From NCBI GenBank assembly GCA_018065295.1, contig JAGHTQ010000177.1:1-36971 (forward strand): DNA of 36,971 nucleotides, in the 5' to 3' direction. The notes below the pieces were generated by a model that made no database searches, was not told where the DNA came from, and worked only from the letters and a program-made list of their open reading frames with translations. Origin of the DNA: Candidatus Colimonas fimequi. GTDB taxonomy: Bacteria; Bacillota; Clostridia; Peptostreptococcales; Anaerovoracaceae. The translations under genes and the position numbers were made by a program. Of this stretch, positions 1-8,467 are shown in pieces. How positions within the stretch are numbered: the stretch's first letter is position 1; every line of letters begins with the position of its first letter.

Positions 1-81
1 AACTTCCACTCCCTTCATAACAGCCACCTACTAAAGATTGAAATCGTTAGTCACACCCTTGCCGCCAATATTCTGGGCCAG

Positions 82-864
82 CTAAAGGAGCTTGAAATAA
101 ACATCTGGAATTTCTTCAACAGACTTAACCTCCTCAGTAGCATAGATTTCAATTCCGTATTCAGCCTGAATCTTGTTAAGAATATCAAGGCCTCTTCTGC
201 CACGCTGTCTCTTGAGTGTATCTGATGAATCTGCGATATGCTGCAGTTCAAGAAGAACGAACTCTGGGATCACAATAGGACCCTCAATAAAACCAGTTCT
301 CATTATATCGGAAATACGTCCGTCTATAATAACGCTTGTATCGAATATCTTCGGTGTGTATTCACCCTTGTTCTTGCCTCTGCCTGTTGCGGCAGCAATA
401 ACCTTAGGGCTGGCAATAAGGTTTCTAACATCTTTAACCTTTCGCGTTGCAATAATAATTCCCAAATATCCCAGTATGATATATGTAACGATATTAAGTA
501 TTACATCCATGTACGGGATAGTGATACCAACATAGATCTGACTTATCAGATAGGCAATAATGAGACCTGCGATAAGTCCGATTGTTCCTGCGAAGAGTTC
601 GTTTGTTGAAATCTTCTGCAGGTCAGATTCTATGCTTCCTGCAACGGCTGTACTCCTCTTCTCCAGAGCGGGTGTAAGTCTGAAAAATAAAACACTGAAA
701 ATAATTACAAATAATGCACCAATGCATACATCCTGCATGGTATTAAACTGTACCCACTCAGCATGACCACTCTTGGTCAGTATGAATTTAGTAAGAGTAA
801 AGATTCCGAATCCGAAGATGGCGCCTGCAACTGCGAAAAAGGTTCTAACCAGTTTCCTGAGCAT
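82..864 (-). CDS. yacL: PIN/TRAM-domain membrane protein (YacL family); 3' end runs off the window or is corrupted
   Basis: Four N-terminal hydrophobic helices; PIN motifs DTSVIIDGRI, IPEFVLLELQHIADSSD, RGRRGLDIL; RBS GAGGA. Family-like sequence (LAQNIGGKGVTNDFNL) continues in frame beyond the TAG at 82-84 to position 1. Confidence 0.88.
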   Translation of the reverse strand: MLRKLVRTFFAVAGAIFGFGIFTLTKFILTKSGHAEWVQFNTMQDVCIGALFVIIFSVLFFRLTPALEKRSTAVAGSIESDLQKISTNELFAGTIGLIAGLIIAYLISQIYVGITIPYMDVILNIVTYIILGYLGIIIATRKVKDVRNLIASPKVIAAATGRGKNKGEYTPKIFDTSVIIDGRISDIMRTGFIEGPIVIPEFVLLELQHIADSSDTLKRQRGRRGLDILNKIQAEYGIEIYATEEVKSVEEIPDVYFKLL

Positions 865-921
865 TTATTATCCTCCTTTCCTCTAAATTTCCCTCATTTT
901 GTTGCCAGGCCATACGCATTT

Positions 922-950
922 AGTATATCACAATTCCTATACCTATCCAA
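922..950 (-). promoter_or_regulatory. sigma70-type promoter for yacL
   Basis: Minus strand TTGGAT-17 nt-TATACT with extended -10 TG. Confidence 0.5.
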
Positions 951-968
951 CGAATTGTGTTACAATTA

Positions 969-1016
969 TTACACATTCATCACAGTAGAATCACATTGTT
1001 ATTCTATCATTATGAT
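969..1016 (+). promoter_or_regulatory. Tandem T(T/C)ACA repeats (probable OmpR/PhoB-family operator) plus a -10 element upstream of the response regulator
   Basis: TTACA 969, TCACA 980, TCACA 991 (exact 11-bp period), then TATCAT 1005 / TATGAT 1011. Confidence 0.5.
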
Positions 1017-1059
1017 AGAGAAAAATAGATTTCATCTTTTAAGAGAACGGAGGCACTAT

Positions 1060-1731
1060 ATGGCAAGAATACTCGTAGTAGATGATGAACAGAAGATTAG
1101 AGAAGTAATACGCGAATACTCAGAATTCAACGGTCACGAAGTGACAGAGGCTGCCGATGGAATGATCGCAGTAGGCCTTTGCAAGCTCAACGACTACGAT
1201 CTGATTGTAATGGACATAATGATGCCGAAACTTGACGGTTTCTCAGCATCTAAGGAAATAAGAAAGACTAAGGATATCCCTATCATCATGCTCAGCGCAC
1301 GCGGCGAAGAATACGATAAGCTTCACGGCTTTGACCTTGGCATTGATGACTACGTTGTTAAGCCTTTTAGCCCTAAGGAACTGATGGCTAGAATCAACGC
1401 AGTATTATCAAGAAAGTCCGCTAGCCAGAAGGCTCCTGCTGGCATCATGGCATTCGACGGTCTTGAGATCAACATTCCAGCAAGAACTGTTACAGTTGAC
1501 GGACAGAAGGTTGAACTTACACCTAAGGAATACGACCTGCTGTTCTATCTTGTTGAGAACAAGAACATCGCCCTTTCAAGAGACAAGCTCCTTTCAGATA
1601 TCTGGGGATACGATTTCTTCGGCGACGACAGAACAATCGACACTCACATTAAGAACCTGAGAAATAACCTTGGTAAATACCGTGACTACATCGTTACATT
1701 AAGAGGGGTAGGTTATAAATTTGAAGCATAA
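1060..1731 (+). CDS. OmpR/PhoB-family response regulator (ResD/SrrA-like)
   Basis: GGAGG RBS at 1049-1053, ATG 1060 (the ORF-track start at 763 is not credible); receiver motifs VVDDE, DIMMP, KPF; winged-helix LTPKEYDLL, WGYDFFGDDRTIDTHIKNLR, RGVGYKF. Confidence 0.95.
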   Translation: MARILVVDDEQKIREVIREYSEFNGHEVTEAADGMIAVGLCKLNDYDLIVMDIMMPKLDGFSASKEIRKTKDIPIIMLSARGEEYDKLHGFDLGIDDYVVKPFSPKELMARINAVLSRKSASQKAPAGIMAFDGLEINIPARTVTVDGQKVELTPKEYDLLFYLVENKNIALSRDKLLSDIWGYDFFGDDRTIDTHIKNLRNNLGKYRDYIVTLRGVGYKFEA

Positions 1732-3232
1732 ACTGGACCTTAAGAGCTTAATATTTAAGACCTGGGCATATTTCGTCCTGTTCACACTGGTCCTGGTTAT
1801 TATTATCTGGAGTCTTCAGGTGCTCTTTTTGAACAACTTCTACGAGAGCATGAAGATTCGTCAGACCAACACCGCCATTGAGGCACTGACAACGGCTCAC
1901 GCCGAGAAGCGTTCGCCTCAGTTTATGGAGCGCGTTGAAGACCTGGCTAACGACAACGACCTTTACGTTTATCTGATTAATAACGATGGTAAGACTATGG
2001 CTTTCCAGCCATACGACGAGGTGTCTGGAGCTGGTCACTATTACGACCAAATTGAAACCCTAGATAAGTACCTGGCTAAGTCTGACAAGAAGAGCGTCAT
2101 GCTGAGAATCAAGGGAATCGATAACACCAAGGAAGTTCTGTCATATGCCAGCTACCTGCAGCGACAGGGACGAATTTCCTACAGCGTGTATCTGTTCTCC
2201 CCACTCTGGCCGGTTAATTCAACCATGCGGATTCTCACCTTCCAGATGATATACGTCACGCTGATTGCCCTTCTCTTCGCAGGATTGTTATCACTTTACC
2301 TGTCCAGAAGAATCACAAGGCCAATCAGACTTATTGCAAGATCCGCCGAGAGACTTGGCGCCGGCGAGTACGGCATCGTATTCAAGGGTGGACATTACAC
2401 AGAGATCAACAATCTGGCTGACACACTCACCCAGACATCCATTGAACTTGAGAAGTCGGCAGCATCTCAGAAGGACCTGGTTGCTAACGTATCTCACGAC
2501 CTTAAGACTCCGCTGACCATGATCAAGTCTTACGCGGAGATGATCCGTGACCTGTCAGGGGACAACCCTGTCAAGAGAGAACAGCACCTTCAGGTTATCA
2601 TCGATGAGACAGATAGACTCAACTCTTTGGTTAACGACCTGCTGACTGTTTCCAAGATGCAGTCAAATAAGATTGAACTGGACATCCACGAATTCAACCT
2701 GACTAAGGCTGCACAGTCCATCGTGAATACATTCGCTATTCGCGAAGAGGACGGCTACCACGTTAACTTCAGCTGCCCATCAGAATTCTATGTGAGCGGC
2801 GACGAAGATAGAATCAAACAGGTAATTTCAAACCTTATCGGCAACGCTATCAAGTTCTGCGGAGAAGACAGAACAGTAAACGTCTCACTTAAGAGACGCG
2901 GCTTCAACAAGGTCTTCTTCAGCGTTGAGGATAACGGCGTCGGTATCGCAGAAGACGAGCTGGAACACGTTTGGGAGAGATATTACAAGGCAAGTTCTAA
3001 CATGGTTAGAACTACTGAAGGCTCAGGCCTTGGCCTTTCTATTTGCAAAGAAATCCTGGTCCTCCACAAGGCCGAATACGGGGTTGACAGTACCCTTGGC
3101 AAGGGTACAATGTTCTGGTTTGAACTTAACCTGACACAGATTGATGAGACTCCAGTTGCACCGCAGTTTACTTTGGTCGATGGTAGTTTCACCGTAATAG
3201 AAGACAAGAAAGAAGAACAAGACGATGAGTAA
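1721..3232 (+). CDS. HAMP-domain sensor histidine kinase
   Basis: TTG start overlapping the regulator; two TM helices; HAMP; H-box SHDLKTPLT; N-box NLIGNAIKF; G1 DNGVGI; G2 GSGLGL. Confidence 0.95.
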   Translation: MKHKLDLKSLIFKTWAYFVLFTLVLVIIIWSLQVLFLNNFYESMKIRQTNTAIEALTTAHAEKRSPQFMERVEDLANDNDLYVYLINNDGKTMAFQPYDEVSGAGHYYDQIETLDKYLAKSDKKSVMLRIKGIDNTKEVLSYASYLQRQGRISYSVYLFSPLWPVNSTMRILTFQMIYVTLIALLFAGLLSLYLSRRITRPIRLIARSAERLGAGEYGIVFKGGHYTEINNLADTLTQTSIELEKSAASQKDLVANVSHDLKTPLTMIKSYAEMIRDLSGDNPVKREQHLQVIIDETDRLNSLVNDLLTVSKMQSNKIELDIHEFNLTKAAQSIVNTFAIREEDGYHVNFSCPSEFYVSGDEDRIKQVISNLIGNAIKFCGEDRTVNVSLKRRGFNKVFFSVEDNGVGIAEDELEHVWERYYKASSNMVRTTEGSGLGLSICKEILVLHKAEYGVDSTLGKGTMFWFELNLTQIDETPVAPQFTLVDGSFTVIEDKKEEQDDE

Positions 3233-4055
3233 ATGTTTAATTGACTGTGATTTTCATACGCACACAGGATTCAGCGACGACTGCTACGTTGAATTCGATA
3301 CAATGATTGAAGGCGCTATTGCCGCTGGAATCAAGACTCTTGCAGTTACAGACCACTATGATCCTGGCTATCCCGATCCAGAATTCCCGTTCACTTTGGA
3401 ATTCGACGAATACCACAAGACACTTAACGAGGCACGTGAGCGTTACGAAGGTATCATCGATATTCGCAAGGGTATGGAGATTGGTATCTGGGGCGGCATG
3501 TTCGACGAGAAGACTAGCAATCTTCAGGAAGCTGACAGAGCCGTTAACGCTAATGATCACGACTACATCATCGGATCATTTCACTGCATGAGGAAGGACG
3601 ATTTATATCGTTACGATTTCAGCAAGGCTGATGGTCCTGCGGAACTTGAAGATTTCTATAAGTTCATGTACGAATCACTGTCAGAATATAAGAATTTTGA
3701 CGTAATGGGTCACTTCAGCATCATCGACAGATACATCGGTAAGATTTATGATTACAGTCCTGTTGAAGATACCATCGACGAAATACTGAAGATGCTTATC
3801 GCAGATGGCAAAGGAATTGAAATCAACACTTCAAGTTTCAAGTACGGCACAGGCATCTGGCTGCCAAGAGAGAGCATCCTTAAGAGATACCTTGACCTTG
3901 GTGGTGAAATTCTCACATTCGGCTCTGATGCTCATGAGCCTAAGTACTATCAGTACCACTTTAATGATGCTATAGAGCTTGCTAAATCAATTGGATTCAA
4001 GTACTACTGCACATTTAAGGATCGTAAGCCTGAATTTCACAACATGCCAGAATAA
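3225..4055 (+). CDS. PHP-family phosphoesterase (HisJ-type histidinol-phosphatase family)
   Basis: DFHTHT, TDH, GMEIG, GSFH, EINTS, GSDAH metal-binding motifs; overlaps the kinase stop. Confidence 0.85.
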   Translation: MSKCLIDCDFHTHTGFSDDCYVEFDTMIEGAIAAGIKTLAVTDHYDPGYPDPEFPFTLEFDEYHKTLNEARERYEGIIDIRKGMEIGIWGGMFDEKTSNLQEADRAVNANDHDYIIGSFHCMRKDDLYRYDFSKADGPAELEDFYKFMYESLSEYKNFDVMGHFSIIDRYIGKIYDYSPVEDTIDEILKMLIADGKGIEINTSSFKYGTGIWLPRESILKRYLDLGGEILTFGSDAHEPKYYQYHFNDAIELAKSIGFKYYCTFKDRKPEFHNMPE

Positions 4056-4071
4056 AACAACATTGATACAA

Positions 4072-4110
4072 AAAAACTCCGAAGGATCGACCCTTCGGAG
4101 TTTTTATTTT
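4072..4110. terminator. Bidirectional intrinsic terminator
   Basis: AAAAACTCCGAAGG-loop-CCTTCGGAGTTTTT between convergent genes. Confidence 0.85.
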
Positions 4111-4186
4111 GGAGTTCACTAAGCTTATATCATGTGTGATTTCCACTGATATTATGCTCTTTATTGCCAATTTATGCAAGTATTTA

Positions 4187-5275
4187 TTATGCGAGTACTT
4201 CCTTTAATACTTCCAGGAATACCTTGCAGTCGTCTGGATAAATTTCGCCCATGTTAGCAACCTGGAACATTCCCATTGCTTCGAACTTGCCCTTACCAGC
4301 ATATACTGTGTAGCCCTTAGCATCCAGTGCTTCGATGAATGCGTTCAGATCCTTACCTTCTGGAAGGAATACTGAAGTTACTGTGCTTGACATCTTATCT
4401 TCGTCGATGAGGAACTTAAGACCCATTTCCTTCATGCCAGCTCTCAGGATACCAGCACATTCCTTATATCTAGCATTTCTAGCTTCGATTCCGCCATCAG
4501 CCAGAGCGTTGTCAAGAGCAACGTCCAGAGCCCAGAACAGGTTAACGTTTGGAGTGTTAGGAGTCTGGTTGCAAGCTTCAGCCTTCTGATAGTGCTTAGC
4601 CAGGTTCAGGTATACGTTCTTACCCATTTCTGGAGTCAGAGTATCCATAGCTGCCTTCTTACCGCAGATGTAAGCTGAACCAGGGTATGCGCCCAGGCAC
4701 TTGCCGCCTACTGATGTAGCGAATGTAATGTTCATAGCCTTGATGTCGATGATTTCACCAGCTGCTGCTGATACGCAGTCAACGTGATACCACTTGTCAT
4801 ACTTCTTAGCCAGATCACCAACAGCCTGTACTGGGTTGATCATGCAAGTTGAAGTTTCGTGGAATACCATTGCGATAACCTTGATTGCAGGGTCAGCCTT
4901 AAGAGCTTCTTCTACCTTAGCAAGGTCAGGTTCTTCTGCCCATTCGAATTCACAGTCAACGAGTGGAATGTTGTACTTCTGGATGATCTCAAGAAGTCTG
5001 TTACCGAATTCGCCGTTTCTGATAAGGAGAATCTTCTCGCCTTCGTTGAAGATTGATGACAGAACTGTTTCGTTTGCTGATGTACCTGAACCTGAGATCA
5101 GAACTGATCTGTATTCTTCGTCAGCCTTGAACAGCTGGTTGATCTTAGCTGTTGTTCTAGCGAAGAGTTCTTCGAATTCAGGGCTTCTATGGCAAATGTC
5201 ATAGTGTGTCAGAGCCTGTCTTACGTTTTCCTTTACCATAATTGGACCTGGGCTGAATAATTTAGGTGCGCTCAT
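4187..5275 (-). CDS. Class-V PLP-dependent aminotransferase-family enzyme (PhnW/SPT-AGT-like), atypical active site
   Basis: FSPGP, ICHRSPEF, SGSGT, NGEFG, HETST, VDCVS (PLP Asp), GGKCLG (PLP Lys), TPNTP; the usual C-terminal FRI motif reads FQV. Confidence 0.88.
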   Translation of the reverse strand: MSAPKLFSPGPIMVKENVRQALTHYDICHRSPEFEELFARTTAKINQLFKADEEYRSVLISGSGTSANETVLSSIFNEGEKILLIRNGEFGNRLLEIIQKYNIPLVDCEFEWAEEPDLAKVEEALKADPAIKVIAMVFHETSTCMINPVQAVGDLAKKYDKWYHVDCVSAAAGEIIDIKAMNITFATSVGGKCLGAYPGSAYICGKKAAMDTLTPEMGKNVYLNLAKHYQKAEACNQTPNTPNVNLFWALDVALDNALADGGIEARNARYKECAGILRAGMKEMGLKFLIDEDKMSSTVTSVFLPEGKDLNAFIEALDAKGYTVYAGKGKFEAMGMFQVANMGEIYPDDCKVFLEVLKEVLA

Positions 5276-5351
5276 TTTGATTACTTCCTTTCAAATGAAA
5301 AATATTTAAGGTTTATTTGTTATATGTAAGTTTTATTGTTTGTCAATAATT

Positions 5352-6848
5352 CTATTCTTCTGACCAGTTCTTAGCTCTCTCTACAGCTCTGTGCCAGTTG
5401 TAGAGGAGAGATTCTCTCTCGTCAACGCTCATCTTAGGCTCGTATCTCTTAGCAAGCTTCCATGTTCTCTCAAGCTCGTTAATTGAATTGAATTCGCCGA
5501 TACCAAGAGCTGCCAGCTGTGCTGCTCCAAGAGCTGTTGTATCCTTGATAACTGGAACGTCTACAGGAATACCCATCAGGTCTGCCTGGAACTGCATGAG
5601 GAAGTTGTTAGCTGAAGCTCCGCCGTCAACTCTCATAATTGAAATAGGCATTCCCGAATCCATATTCATTACGTCAAGGTTATCCTTGATCTGATAAGCA
5701 GTTGATTCAAGTGTTGCTCTAACAATGTGTTCTCTAGTAGTACCACCAGTGATACCAACCATTGTTCCTCTAGCGTATGAATCCCAGTGTGGTGCAGCAA
5801 GTCCTGTGAATGCAGGAACGAAATATACACCGCCATTTGAGCCAGCTCTATAAGCCATCTCTTCTGTCTGAGCTGCATTATCGATAATCTTAATGCCATC
5901 TCTCAGCCACTGAGTTGCTGCGCCAGTGATATAAACACCACCGTCAAGAGCGAATGTCATCTTATTGTTAAGTCTCCATGCTACTGTTGTGAGCAGGCCA
6001 TCCTTAGAATATACAGCCTTATCACCAGTGTTCATGAGCATGAAGCCGCCTGTACCATATGTACACTTAGTTGCACCCGGCTTGAAGCATGCCTGACCAA
6101 ACAGTGCTGCCTGCTGGTCAACAACTGAACCTGAAATAGGAATTCTAGCTCCGCAGAAATCCAGTGGATCAGTTTCGCCGTAAACCTGTGCACTATCACA
6201 AATCTCAGGAAGGATTGACTTGTCAATTCCCAGAATGTCCAGAATTTCGTCATCCCACTTGCCTGTGTGAATATTAAGCATCATTGTTCTTGATGCTGTT
6301 GATGCATCTGTAACATGAACACGACCGTGTGTCATCTTCCAGATAAGCCATGTATCGAGAGTACCAGCCAGAGCTCTTCCAGCCTTGATCTTATCCTTAA
6401 CGCCTTCAACATTATCAATGATCCACTTGATCTTAGGACCACTGAAATATGAATCAGCCATGAGACCTGTCTTCTCCCTTATCATTTCCCCATACTGAGC
6501 AGTGAGTTCGTCAGCATATCTTGCCATTCTTCTATCCTGCCAAACGATAGCATTGTAGAATGGCTGGCCAGTTACACTGTCCCACATCATTACTGTCTCG
6601 CCCTGGTTATCAAGACCAATGCAAGCAACATCTGATGCGTCTACACCACCAATTTCAAGAGCCATGTTCATAGACTCCATAACTCTCTGCCAGAGTTCAA
6701 GTGGGTCATGTTCTACGCAGCCTGGCTTCGGATAATGCTGCGTGTGTTCCTTATAACCTCTCGCAACAATGTTCCAGTTCTCATCAAGAAGCAACGTAGT
6801 TGTACCTGTTGTTCCCTGGTCCAATCCGATGTAATACTTCTTCTTCAT
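5352..6848 (-). CDS. glpK: Glycerol-kinase-like FGGY kinase with altered substrate pocket
   Basis: DQGTTGT, NAIVWQDRR, DSYFSG, TDASTASRTM, DQQAALFGQ, TYGTG, VPAFTGLAAPHW, RVDGG; canonical GITNQRET reads GLDNQGET. ATG 6848 follows GAAGGA; an in-frame TTG lies at 6854. Confidence 0.85.
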   Translation of the reverse strand: MKKKYYIGLDQGTTGTTTLLLDENWNIVARGYKEHTQHYPKPGCVEHDPLELWQRVMESMNMALEIGGVDASDVACIGLDNQGETVMMWDSVTGQPFYNAIVWQDRRMARYADELTAQYGEMIREKTGLMADSYFSGPKIKWIIDNVEGVKDKIKAGRALAGTLDTWLIWKMTHGRVHVTDASTASRTMMLNIHTGKWDDEILDILGIDKSILPEICDSAQVYGETDPLDFCGARIPISGSVVDQQAALFGQACFKPGATKCTYGTGGFMLMNTGDKAVYSKDGLLTTVAWRLNNKMTFALDGGVYITGAATQWLRDGIKIIDNAAQTEEMAYRAGSNGGVYFVPAFTGLAAPHWDSYARGTMVGITGGTTREHIVRATLESTAYQIKDNLDVMNMDSGMPISIMRVDGGASANNFLMQFQADLMGIPVDVPVIKDTTALGAAQLAALGIGEFNSINELERTWKLAKRYEPKMSVDERESLLYNWHRAVERAKNWSEE

Positions 6849-6899
6849 TTGCAATTCCTTCCTTCGATAAATACTCTAGTTGTTCTATATGTATTGTCA

Positions 6900-7781
6900 T
6901 CAGTTGTCAGTAGAAATGTAATCATCGATCTTCGAATAATCAAGTCTACTAAAAAGGTTCTTTCTGAATTCACCTGATGAACAGTGAATCAGTTTCTTGT
7001 ACATTCGATTCATGTGTGCATGATCGAAGAATCCGCTATCAATAGCAATATCGACCAGCAGCATGTTTCTGTCTTCGATAATCTTATCCATAGAAATCTG
7101 AAGACGAATTATCTGTGAAAAAAGCTTCGGTGAAACACCTACGCACTTCTCGAATGCCTTACCAATGTGTCTTGAAGTGAAACCGGTTTCTTCAGCCAGG
7201 GCTTCCACCTTGATATTACCCTGTGTCTGGAATATTCTCTCAGTACAGTATTTAACCAGATATTTGTTGGTTTCTGTTCTGAAATTTACTCTTATCACCT
7301 TAGATATAAGTCTGATACGTTCAGTAAGCTCGGTTTCTCTCTCAAGAATTGATACAATCTGATCTCCCCAAGGAACAGTTCCCTGAAGTGGAATCGCTCT
7401 GTTTGCAATACTTCCAGCAGTTTCGCCAATGAGACCATTGCCGATTCCTGGAAGGAATCGCATTATTATATAGTATTCGTCAGGATTAATGACAATCTTC
7501 TTGATTTCATCAGTAACCCCGCAAAGATATGCCTTGGTTTTATCCTGGTTAGCAGAAAATACCAGAGCCATGCAGCCATCGGGTACGATAGGCACAGTCT
7601 GCGGATCTTCAGCCCTTGAACTGATGTAGTAAATGTCTGCAACCGTTGTATATAGAGGATGTCCGAAAGCCACATCAATCCTCTTCATCTCCAGTCCTTC
7701 GTCATCAAATACCAGTGGTTCGTATTGAGTTTTCTCTTCATTCGGAGCTAAATACTGCTTCCTGCTTATTACAAATGACAT
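6900..7781 (-). CDS. AraC-family transcriptional regulator
   Basis: N-terminal IVPDGC sensory domain; C-terminal double HTH (LAEETGFTSRHI, VGVSPK, IAIDSGFFDHAHM). Confidence 0.9.
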   Translation of the reverse strand: MSFVISRKQYLAPNEEKTQYEPLVFDDEGLEMKRIDVAFGHPLYTTVADIYYISSRAEDPQTVPIVPDGCMALVFSANQDKTKAYLCGVTDEIKKIVINPDEYYIIMRFLPGIGNGLIGETAGSIANRAIPLQGTVPWGDQIVSILERETELTERIRLISKVIRVNFRTETNKYLVKYCTERIFQTQGNIKVEALAEETGFTSRHIGKAFEKCVGVSPKLFSQIIRLQISMDKIIEDRNMLLVDIAIDSGFFDHAHMNRMYKKLIHCSSGEFRKNLFSRLDYSKIDDYISTDN

Positions 7782-7831
7782 TTGTACCCTTCCAAATAGT
7801 AAAAAACGGAATAGTGGTTTCTTTCAATTTA

Positions 7832-7860
7832 ATGATAACATTGTATGAATATAAGGTCAA
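7832..7860 (-). promoter_or_regulatory. sigma70-type promoter for the AraC-kinase-PLP enzyme unit
   Basis: Minus strand TTGACC-17 nt-TATCAT with extended TG. Confidence 0.6.
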
Positions 7861-7976
7861 TGTCTTGTTTTTCCTATCCCTTCGTACTTATGTTTGTGTA
7901 TAATTCTAGTATCTGTTGATAGTGTGGCGATATAGCTAAACTAGTTACACTGTTGAATATAGGAGGACTTAGCCAG

Positions 7977-8375
7977 ATGGAAGCATTAATGGGTATGGAT
8001 CCTGATAAGATGGTCATCGTACTTCCATCAGGATTGGTCGCAATGTATGCGATAATCACAATACAGAAATCACTTTCTCAGAAGGACAATAAATATCTTG
8101 GAATGATAATTCCAGTAGCTTGCTTCATTGCAGCTACAATACTCGCCGTTAGACCAATGCTCATCACAACTCCAGGAGAGATTGCAGGTCTTGGCTCATA
8201 CTGTTTGAGAATGTGGTTAACATTTAACATTCCTACAATAATCTTCACTTTTTCTTACATATATACAAGAAGAAGAGAGAAGGCTTGGAAGGAAGAAGTC
8301 GCTAGATGGGAAGCTGAGCAGGCAGCTGAAGGCAATGCCGACTCACCGTCTGAAACAGACGTGACAACTGAATAG
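7977..8375 (+). CDS. Small membrane protein (3 predicted TM helices, acidic tail)
   Basis: AGGAGG at 7961-7966, ATG 7977; hydrophobic segments; LSQKDNKYLGMIIP loop. Confidence 0.7.
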   Translation: MEALMGMDPDKMVIVLPSGLVAMYAIITIQKSLSQKDNKYLGMIIPVACFIAATILAVRPMLITTPGEIAGLGSYCLRMWLTFNIPTIIFTFSYIYTRRREKAWKEEVARWEAEQAAEGNADSPSETDVTTE

Positions 8376-8467
8376 GAACGCGACACCTTTGCACATGATT
8401 ATAAACGGTCAGTTGTTATCGTTTTATAATAGTATTATTCATTATTTTTTATTCATTATTTTTTAGG

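Noticed and set aside
763-1059. 99-aa N-terminal extension of the response regulator in the ORF track
   Set aside because: It overlaps yacL and the promoter region; the RBS and receiver domain begin at 1060.
4187-5275. Calling the PLP enzyme phnW (phosphonate catabolism)
   Set aside because: No phnX/phnA/phnY or phosphonate transporter is nearby, and the FRI Arg is missing.
5319-5346. Internal promoter TTGACA-16 nt-TATAAC before the PLP enzyme
   Set aside because: The -10 lacks the conserved final T and the region is AT-rich; possible but unsupported.
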